From Nymphaea colorata (Eukaryota), in assembly GCF_008831285.2 (NCBI RefSeq), contig NC_045138.2, forward strand, positions 3,658,001-3,722,000: a stretch of 64,000 bases of DNA, written 5' to 3'. Within the stretch, counting starts at the first letter, position 1, and each line of letters begins with the position of its first letter. The position numbers and the translations under genes were made by a program. Positions 1-10,117 of the stretch are shown here, piece by piece. The notes under the pieces were generated by a model. The model saw only the letters and a program-made list of their open reading frames with translations. It did not search any database and was not told the DNA's origin.

Positions 1-619
1 CCCCTGTATCGTACGATACGGGAGAAAACATAAAATTCCTTATTTTTTAAAAGTTTAAACACTCCTCCCTCTCTCTCTTCTTGTATTTAAAGACTCCAAT
101 AGACATAGGAGGGAGAGATTTTGCCTATTTTCATAAATATTAACCAAGGATTCATCAATTTGGGAGATATCATCGTTGAATCATGAAAGATGATGACGTA
201 CGTTTGAACTTATAAAATTCTGATGTAATCTAAGTCCTAAAACTCCAAGTCTTAAGACTCTAAGTCCTAAAATTTTATAAAATTTTCAAGTTTAAAATTG
301 TGATGGATGCTTATGCCTTATTGTGTTAATTTGAATATTTGATTTCTTATTTTTGAATGTGTTGTTGATAGTATACACATGAATGTTCCTTATGTATGAT
401 GATCTTTTTTATATTTGAATACATTTTTTATTTTTCTTGATTTCTGATTTTTTGTTCATTTTTTTCAGATTTTTAAGGATTTTTGTCTATTTTTATCTGT
501 TTTTTAAATATTTTTTAAAATTAAAAAATTAATTTTATGATACGTTACACTACGTTTACGATACGTTACGATACGGCGTATAGGCCGATACGCGATACGC
601 TACGCCTTTTATAACATTG
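1..619. mobile_element. Right part of a non-autonomous hAT-like element (GATACG-repeat family), cut by window edge
   Basis: Clusters of cgatacg motifs and terminus ..ttttataacattg match the complete copy at 41182-41969. Confidence 0.75.
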
Positions 620-1367
620 TTCAACAGTACTAGAACACATTCAGGATCGTGGGGTGTAGAAATATGGATACGGAAGAAGAGAAGAGAAACATAGATTTAA
701 CATGGAAAACCCCTCAAGAACTGAGAGAAAAAACCACAACAAAGATGGAAGAAGCATGCTCACTAGCTGCGATTTTCTCTCTCTTAATTTCATTAACTAA
801 AACAAATTAGGGTTAAAAGTTAAAACACCCTTCTTAAGTGATGAAAGTCACTACACTTAAGAGATGGATGGGTCGGATCCAGAACCACGACCAGTCCAGA
901 TACAAACTTGTTAACACTCGCCAAGTCAAACATGCCCAACTTCCTTACATTCTTCTCAAACTGAGTAGATGACAAAGATTTTGTTAACACATCTGCAACT
1001 TGTTCATCAGACTTCATATATCATAAGATAATCTCCTTGGAGTCAATTCTCTCACGAATGAAATGTCGATCAATCTCTACATGCTTGGTCCTATCATGTA
1101 ACACTGGATTATTTGCAAGATTTATAGCAGACTTATTATCGCAGTACATCTTCATAGGTTCAGCAATCTTAGTCTCGATATCAGCCATCAACACTTTTAG
1201 CCACAATATTCAGAGACTCCCATTTGCTACAGCATGGTACCTATGTCACATAGGTATGGGTACGGGTACCGGTGCAGGTACGGACCATTTTAAAAAAAAT
1301 TGGGTGCGGGGGTACGGCCGTACACACACACGGACATATACATATACATATATATATATGTTAGAAT

Positions 1368-2157
1368 CTATGTCACACGGATACGGCAGAATGGTTCAAG
1401 TACCGGCGTCGACACGCCGACACGGGGATCCCGACACGGCGATACGGCTGGATACGTTTTGGATCGGGTCTGGGTCAGACCCGATCCAAACCACTTTTAT
1501 AACCGATTTTTTAACCCATTTTGTTTTACGCATTAACACTTACCCTCGATCGTCGACCTTCCTTTACCCTCGACGGCTTCCGCGGCAGGTTGGCAGCACA
1601 GTTCGGCAATGGCGGGCGACGGCGACGACCTCCGGCGACTTCCGGTGGCGTCCGGCGGCAGCCGGCGACAGACAGGTAAGTGTTTCTTTTGTCTATTATT
1701 TTCGATATTAGAAGTTAGGGTTTCAACTTTTATTTGGGGATTTTTTAGATTGAGTATTTCTTGCCGATTTTGGGATGTTTTCGGTTTAGAATCATATTCT
1801 TCAATGCTATGTGTGATGTTTTATTTCACTGTTTCATAAATTTTATGTTCATTATACGTTTTTTCCATCTTTTTTTTATGTTTAATGTATATTGGGCATT
1901 TCTTGCCGATTTGGGGATGTTTTGGTTTGAAGATTGGACGGTTTAGAATCATATTTTTCATCTTATGTGCGATGTTTTATTTCACTGTTTCATAAATTTT
2001 ATGTTCATTATACGTTTTTTCCATCTTTTTATCATTTTTATTTTTTTTGAATTTAATATTCGCCGTGTCTGCGTATCCTAAAATTTTGAAACTTGCCGTA
2101 TCCCCGTACCCGTACCCGTACCCACAGGATACCCGTACCCGTATCCGTGTGACATAG
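1368..2157. mobile_element. hAT-like non-autonomous element 2 (790 bp) inserted in the Copia B 5' LTR
   Basis: Perfect 19-bp TIR CTATGTCACACGGATACGG; perfect 8-bp TSD gttagaat (1360-1367, 2158-2165). Confidence 0.93.
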
Positions 2158-2444
2158 GTTAGAATATGTTGCTGTGGGAACCGGATCCATTCCTGGACCC
2201 GGTTCTATGGGGCGTGGGTACCGAGGCGGGCTCGGTACCCTAGGCGGCTTCTCCTCTCTCCCTCCTCTTTATATTGTCACTTGTGTTTAGTGTTGAATTA
2301 AGTGAAATACATTTTCTCTCTCCTAGGGTTGCGGTGAGCCCCTAGGTCAGAGCCTCCCCGTGGTTTTTCACCTCTTTCTGAGGTTTTCCACGTAGATTGT
2401 GTGTTCGTTCTCCACTCTCTCTCTTTGTGGTTCGTGTTTCTACA

Positions 2445-2456
2445 TGGTATCAGAGC
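2445..2456 (+). promoter_or_regulatory. Primer-binding site (tRNA-iMet) of Copia B; equivalents at 20852, 26031 and, on the minus strand, 12943-12954
   Basis: TGGTATCAGAGC directly after the LTR-terminal CA. Confidence 0.92.
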
Positions 2457-2863
2457 CAGCGGAGTTGGAGAAGCGTTTTTTCGAGGATCGTCAAGTTTTT
2501 TTTTTTGTCACCCGACGCCGTTGAAGTTCCGGCGCCGCTGCTGCCCTTGTGACGTCGCCTTGCTCTGCCGCCGCTGTCCTTTGTTCTGCCGCCGCCGTCC
2601 TCTGTTCCGGCGCCGCTGCTGCCCTTGTGACGTCGCCCTGCTCTGCCGCCGCCGTCCTTTGTTCCGCCGCCGCCGTCCTCTGTTCCGCCGTCCTCTGTTC
2701 GGCCCGTTCTTTGTTTCTGCCACCGTGGGTGGCCTCTGTGTTGCGCCGTCGCTTGCTTTCCGTTGCCGCTGCCTCATTCCCGCCGCCGTCGCCGCTGCCT
2801 CCTTCCCGTCGCCGTTGCCTCAGTCCCGCTGCTATGCCTCTTGTTGCTGTGTGCTTGTTTGTG

Positions 2864-5800
2864 ATGGCAGACGCGATGGGGACTCAAAAAGATGCCGTTC
2901 TTGACATGGGCAGCGCCTCCAAGACTGAGAACGTGCCGATCCAGGTCACCTCCATCCGTCTGACCAAGGACAATTACCTATCCTGGTCTGCCGCTCTCGA
3001 GATTGGGATTACTAGCCGTGGGCGTCTCTCTTACATCACTGGCGACAAACCTGCGCCCATCAAATCTGATCCTCAATGGGCGACGTGGGCGTTGGAGGAC
3101 AGCCAAGTGAAGGTGTGGATTATCAGCTCCGTGTCATCCGATATCCAGCCCCTCATTCTGCGGAAGCCGACCTCTTTTGATATGTGGACTGTGCTTGCAA
3201 AGATGTATGGTCGCAAGAAGAGACATTTGCGCACCTATCAGATTAAACGCAGTATTTACTCTCTGACACAGGGTGATTTGTCTGTTGCTGCCTTCTATGC
3301 TGCCCTGAAGACCAAATGGGAGGAGCTAGATTATCATGTGACTAATGAGTGGACGTGCAGTTCAGATCATTCCCTCTACTGGGAAAAGGAATGGATGGAC
3401 CGTACGTTTCTGTTTCTGGGAGGCCTGCGGGATGAATTTGAGTCTATTCGTAGCCAGATTCTTAATGGTGATGAGATTCCAGGGATAGAGGAAGTATATG
3501 CTCGTGTTGAGTCTGAAGAACAATGTCGCCAGGTGATGCATCTTGACACCGGTCATGGCCCTTCTGCCTTTGTCAGCCGTGCCTCAGGGACTGGGCAGCG
3601 TCCTGCCCGACATTGCACTCATTGCCACAAGTTGGGGCACTCGGTGGATTTCTGTTGGGATCTTCATCCCGAGAAGAGACTGGTCAGAGGTCGTCCTCCC
3701 TCTGGCAAGCGTAGCCCTTCTGTGTCTGATTCCAGTCAGAGCAATTCTTCTAGTGGTGCAAAGTCCAAGTTGTCCCCTGCTCAACTCAAGGAGCTACAGG
3801 CGTACATCAGCCGTCTATCTACTTCCCCTGAGCAGTCCTCCACGTCTGAAGGGGCCCAGCTAGCCCAAGCTCTCGTTGCCTCGACTGATCAAGGTAACCC
3901 TTCTCTTGGTGATTGGATTGTTGATAGTGGAGCCACTCACCACATGACAGGGGACTCTAAACTCTTTCAAGAATATCAACTTTCCTCTGGCAAGCAACGC
4001 GTGTCTATGGCATCTTCTATCTCTGTGGCTGGGAAAGGGAGCTTGTCCCTGTTGAACAAATACCGTCTCCACAATGCCCTGCATGTTCCAAATATTCCTG
4101 TGAACTTACTCTCTGTCAGCAGTATTACTAAAGAACTAAACTGTAATCTTATTTTCTCTGCTGATCATTGTTCCCTGCAGGACTTGGTGACGGGGAGGAA
4201 GATTGGGATTGGTTCGGTTACTGATGGGCTCTACAGGCTGCCGGTACAAGTTGCTTCAGCATTGATTTCTGCCACGAGTGGTCACTTGTCTGGTGTGAAC
4301 GATAGATCTACTGTTCTGCGATGGCACGAGCGTCTTGGACATCTCCCCTTCCAGTTAATAAAGAAGTTGTTTCCTCATTTGTTTGCTTCTGTCTCCATTG
4401 ACTCCTTCGCTTGTGAAGTGTGTCAATTGGCTAAACATGTCAGGGCTTCGTACCCTATTTCTTTGAATAAAACCACTCATCCGTTTGCCTTAGTTCATTC
4501 CGATGTTTGGGGTCCTTCTGGAGTACCCACGTGTGGTGGTTGTCACTATTTTTTGACGCTTATTGATGATTACTCTAGATGTACGTTCGTGTACTTGTTG
4601 CGAGAACGTAGTGAGGTTCCAGCAGTTGTGAAAAACTTTGTTGCCTTTGTTGAGACTCAATTCCATACTACTGTTCAAGCTTTCCGTACGGATAATGCAA
4701 GGGAATATGTCTCCCAATCCCTTGATGAATTCTTGAAAGGCAAGGGTATTGTTCATGAAACCTCTTGTAGTTATACCCCTCCTCAAAATGGTATAGCTGA
4801 ACGTAAAAATCGTCATTTATTGAATGTTACCCGGGCCATTATGTTCCAACGTCATGTCCCGAAGCGGTATTGGGGTGATGCACTTCTCACTAGTGCACAT
4901 CTCATTAACCGTATGCCTACTAGGGTGTTGGATGGTCAGTCTCCTTATTCTACCCTGTGGCCCACTCAGAATCCGTGGCCTCTTACTCCTCGTGTCTTTG
5001 GGTGCAGTTGTTTTGTGCATAATCATAGCCCTACTCTCAAAAAACTTGATCCCCGGTCTATTAAAGGAGTTTTCTTGGGGTACTCTTCCACTCAGAAGGG
5101 GTATAAATGTGTGGATCCCACTACTTCCAAAGTGTATGTTTCGAGGGATGTCACATTTCATGAACATGAGTCGTATTTTTCGGTGAATCCTCTTCAGGGG
5201 GAGTGTCTTGGGAACAAAGGGGAAGAGTATTCCTCTAATCAGCTAATTCAGTTTATGGAGTTTTTGGATTACAAGGTTAGTCCCAGTGTGATTGACACGG
5301 TCATGGTCAGTAATGAGAAGGGCAGCCATATGGAAGGGGTCACGGTGGATGCTCAGCCCATTGTTGCCCGGGATCACTTGTTTGGCCAGGTTTATGTCAG
5401 AAAGGAGAAAGCTACAGTGGAAGATGTTGGTGATGAGGATAGAACCAATCCCAATCCTGTGATCTCCCCGGATGACCCAAGTCCATCGAATGAAGAGCTC
5501 CCCATTGCTGTGCGCAAAGGCACCAGGTCATGTACTTCTCACCCTATTCAGAGATTTGTTTCTTATGCTAAGCTCAGTACAAATTACAAATGTTTTATCA
5601 CAACCTTATCCAAAGTTGTTATTCCCAGGTCGGTGGATGATGCTAAGGATGATCCCAAGTGGTTACATGCTATGACAGAGGAGATGGGTGCGTTAGCTAA
5701 GAACAAAACATGGGAAGTTGTTGATATCCCTAAAGGGACACACTTAGTTGGCTCTAAGTGGGTTTACAACGTGAAGTACAAACCTGATGGCACTGTAGAT

Positions 5801-7166
5801 CGATATAAAGCTCGTTTGGTTGCAAAGGGGTTCAGCCAGAAGTATGGGATCGACTATCTTGAGACCTTTGCCCCTGTTGCAAAGTTGAAGACCGTGAGGG
5901 TTATTCTTGCTCTTGCTGTGCACAGGAAGTGGCGTATGGACCAGCTTGATGTTAAAAATGCGTTCTTGAACGGCCATCTGGAGGAAGAAGTCTATATGAG
6001 CATGCCTCCTGGGTATGTTCAAGAGGGAAAATGTTGTCACCTCAAGAAAGCTTTGTATGGCTTGAAGCAGTCGCCTAGAGCTTGGTTTGAGAGACTAATG
6101 ATCGTTATGAAGTCTACTGGGTACAAGCAAGGAAATGGAGATCATACCCTATTCATAAAGCAGAGAGATGGTCTGGTGAGTCTTCTCCTTGTCTACGTTG
6201 ATGATATGATTGTCACTGGCAGTGATGAAGAAGAAAACAGAAAGATGAAGGAGAGATTAGCTAAAGAATTCGACCTCAAGGATCTGGGTAGGCTGAGATA
6301 CTTTCTGGGGATAGAGATTGCTCGATCAGAGACAGGGCTGGTTATGAATCAAAGGAAGTACACTCTTGACTTACTAAAGGAGACAGGCAAACTTGGTTGT
6401 AGGCCCTATCTTACTCCTATGGAGTCGGGGACTAAGATAAGTATCAAGACGGGCACTATTCTGGATGAGGAAGGAAAAGGGCGATATCAGAGGCTAGTAG
6501 GTAAGCTTATCTATCTTACTCTAACTCGCCCTGATATCACGTATGCGGTAAATGTGCTAAGTCAATTTATGCATGCTCCCACGGACTGTCACTGGAAGAG
6601 TGCAGAAAGAGTGTTGGGATATCTAAAGTGACCCAGGAAAAGGACTGCTGTATACTTGACAAGACAAACTTACTATTGAGGGCTACTCAGATGCAGATTG
6701 GGCAGGTTGCACTGACACAAGGAGGTCTACTACAGGGTATTGTATCTTTCTTGGAGGTAACCTAGTTGTTTGGAGAAGTAAGAGACAAGAAGTATGTTCG
6801 AGGTCTAGTGCTGAGGCTGAGTACAGGGCTGTTGCAATGGGGGTTACAGAGATGCTGTGGCTGAAGATTCTTTTGACTGATATTGGTGTGGAACTGGGAG
6901 ATAAAATGAAGATGTACTGTGACAACAAGTCTGCGATTAATCTTGCCAATAATCCAGTTCTGCATGACAGGACCAAACATGTGGAGATTGACCGTCATTT
7001 TATCCGGGAACGCATTGACTCAAAGGAGCTGATTCTGCCATATATGAAGTCTGAAGATCAAGTTGCAGACGTCCTAACTAAAGGGCTTTGTACTTCTTCA
7101 TTCGAAAAGAATGTTAGCAAGCTTGGCATGTTTGACATGTATGCCAAGCTTGAGGGGGAGTGTTAG
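2864..7166 (+). pseudogene. Copia B gag-pol polyprotein; open to 6631, RNase H broken by a 2-bp deletion and a CGA>TGA stop
   Basis: Gag zinc knuckle [56 protein letters not shown]; compared with Copia C, aagaatgac became aagtgac near 6629. Confidence 0.93.
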
Positions 7167-7448
7167 AATATGTTGCTGTGGGAACCGGATCCATTCCTGG
7201 ACCCGGTTCTATGGGGCGCGGGTACCGAGGCGGGCTCGGTACCCTAGGCGGCTTCTCCTCTCTCCCTCCTCTTTATATTGTCACTTGTGTTTAGTGTTGA
7301 ATTAAGTGAAATACATTTTCTCTCTCCTAGGGTTGCGGTGAGCCCCTAGGTCAGAGCCTCCCCGTGGTTTTTCACCTCTTTCTGAGGTTTTCCACGTAGA
7401 TTGTGTGTTCGTTCTCCACTCTCTCTCTTTGTGGTTCGTGTTTCTACA

Positions 7449-7490
7449 ATATACATATACATATACATATATATATACATATACACATAC

Positions 7491-7543
<53 letters not shown>
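7449..7543. repeat. (TATACA)n/(TA)n microsatellite, the Copia B target site
   Basis: Read directly; continues the TA tract at ~1337-1358. Confidence 0.9.
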
Positions 7544-7544
<1 letters not shown>

Positions 7545-9678
7545 GTCAAAAAATTTCAAAATGAATAACATATTCATAAATCATGATCCAAAACGCTTTT
7601 AAGATATATTGACATCGCTATAGAGAAGGGATCGCTTTTCGAAACATTGTATGGAAGATTTTAAATGAAAAGTTGTAAGGAACTATGTACAAGAAAGGTT
7701 TAGAGTGAAAAAGGAAACAGGAAAAGAGAGGGGGATTTTTAATTTTCAACTCAAAAACTGGACAACTTTGGACTTGATCAACTTTGACCGAGTCTGAAAA
7801 TGGACAAAAATGATCCCTAGTACGTTGACCGTACCCGATGCTGCGTTGACCTCACCTTTGCCGCACTCAGGGTCATACCCGTACTCGTACCATGCGGTTA
7901 CTCCTCCTTAAGAGAAGTACCCATGTGACATAGCACGGTACTCGGCCTCGGCACTCGAACGGGAACAAACATCTTGCCTTTTACTTCTCCACACCACCAG
8001 GTTACCTCCCAAATAGACACAATAATAGTGGTAGACGTCCTCGTATCAATGTAGCCTGTCCAATCAGCATCAGAATATCCTTCAATGTTAAGTAGATATT
8101 GTCTCACATTTAGAAGGCCATTACTAGGATTCTTCTTTAGATAGCACAAGATCCTCTCAGCAGCCTTCCAATGAGCATCAGTAGGAGTATGCATGAATTG
8201 ACTCATCACATTCACGACAAAAGTGATGTCGGGTCTAGTGAGAGTTAGATAAATCAACCTCCCAACTCACCACTGATATTGCTCTTTAGCTTTACCATCA
8301 AGAAACTTCCCATCTTTAATATTGATCTTAGTACTAACATGCAATAGGAATGGTCGGCAGCCAAGCTTGTCGGTCTCTTTCAACAAGACAAGAGTGTAAT
8401 TTCTTTGATTTATAACAACGCCAGTGCTTGACCTAGCCATTTCTATACCAAGGAAGTATCTTAACTTCCCAAGGTCTTTGAGATCAAACTTTGAAGCTAA
8501 CATCTTTTTCAGCCTTGTAACCTCTTCTTCATCCTCTCTTGTAACTATCATGTCATACACATAAACTAAGAGAAGAGCAACCTTGTCCTCCCTCTGTTTC
8601 ACAAAAGGGTGTGGTTTCCATTACCTTGATGGTATCCATACTTCTTTATCACAAGTCTGAGGCGCTCAAACCATGCTCGAGGAGATTGTTTAAGACCATA
8701 CAAGGCCTTATTCAGTTTGCAGCAATTTCATGTTCTCTCATAACCGAGAGGGCACACTCATATAAACTTTCTCTTCCAGGTCACCGTTCAGGAAGACATT
8801 CTTTACATCAAGTTGATACATCTGCCACTCCTTTGAAACTGCTAAAGCAAGAATCACTCTGACAGTCTTCATCTTTGCAACTGGGGCAAACGTCTCTAGG
8901 TAGTCTATGCCATACTTTTGACTAAAAGCTTTTGCGACCAGCCGAGCCTTTTATCTTTTCACAGATCCATCAAGTTTGTACTTAATTGTATAAATCTACT
9001 TTGATCCCACAAGATGAGCATCCTCAAGAATATCCACAACTTTCCACGTTCTATTTTTGTTAAGGGCTTTCATTTCCTCTTGCATGACAAAACTCATTTC
9101 GGATTCACCTGAGCCTCCACAACAGTCCCGAAAATAATAGAAGTAAAAAGAAAGGATATGAAGCATTTGTAATCTCTACTAAGCTTTGAATAAGACACAA
9201 AGTTACCAATAGGGGCATAGTACATGACTTGATCCCTTTTCTCAGGGCAATACAAAGTTCTTCAATATTTATGTCATTTCTGACCTTTTCATCGTGTTCC
9301 TCACACATTGGACTTGGATCATCCAAGGGTATCTCAGAATTGGGATTGGTGTCTTCATTTTTTTCATTTTCAATAGGGTGCCTCCTGGAGTAAACCTGTC
9401 CAAATAAATGATTACGCTGCCCTTCACACTGCCTGGTAGCACTTTGTAGCCCAATTTCACTCACATACTGCTTGGTCACATCAGCTTCTCTATATTGTTC
9501 ACTTTTATAGCCCAAGAAGTCAACAAACTGAATTTCTTGCAACTGCGAATATTCTTCCTTATTTCTTCCCAAAATCTCCCTAGAAGAAGATTTTGTTGGA
9601 AGCAGAAAATATGCTCGAAAAATGTCACATCCTTGGTCACATAACAATGACCTGTGGAAGGATCCAAACACTTATACC

Positions 9679-10117
9679 CTAAGTCACATGGGTACTTCAG
9701 TAAGGTCCACGTACCCGTGTCGCCGTACTCGTACTCAAAATGGGTACTTTGACACATGGGTACCTATAGATCAAAACTGCTTAATTTTACTTTGATTTAA
9801 TTTTTTCACCTTACTTTTTATTCTTTTTTTTATGTGAAAATTCGATTGATATTCATATTTGACTAGGGGGCTGTTTGGTTGTCCATATGTTTAAAGTTTT
9901 TCATAGGTTTCTTAAACACACTGCTGCAAGAGCCGTTGATATATATCTTCTATGTTATTTATTTGTTTATGTTGATGTATATTCTTTATTTTGATACATA
10001 TTTTCTAAGTATTTCTTATTGTTTATATATATATATACAGCCGTACCCCCGCACCCAAGTTTTTTTAAAATAGTCAGTACTCGTACCCGCACCCGTATCC
10101 ATACCTATGTGACATAG
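9679..10117. mobile_element. hAT-like non-autonomous element 3 (439 bp) in Copia A, inverted relative to element 1
   Basis: Ends ctaagtcaca / tgtgacatag; perfect 8-bp TSD cttatacc; right end is the reverse-complement homologue of the element 1 left end. Confidence 0.9.

Larger units (their letters stand above)
1359..7448 (+). mobile_element. Copia B: young full-length Ty1/Copia (Ale-like)
   Basis: 5' LTR 1359-2444 (split by hAT element 2) and 3' LTR 7161-7448 (288 bp) differ at 1 position by eye; TSD atata; PBS tggtatcagagc at 2445; PPT tgagggggag at 7151-7160. Confidence 0.96.
1241..7933. mobile_element. hAT-like non-autonomous element 1 (CTATGTCACA TIR) in Copia A RNase H; contains Copia B
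   Basis: Ends ctatgtcaca.. / ..tgtgacatag; 8-bp TSD catggtac (1233-1240) / cacggtac (7934-7941); subterminal ggtacg repeats. Confidence 0.88.

Noticed and set aside
1037..1711. 224-aa plus-strand ORF
   Set aside because: Chance read-through across antisense RNase H, two hAT ends, a microsatellite and an LTR start
2549..2863. N-terminal SAAAVLC extension of the Copia B ORF
   Set aside because: Starts at a non-ATG codon in a stop-poor, GC-rich, duplicated leader; not conserved in D or E
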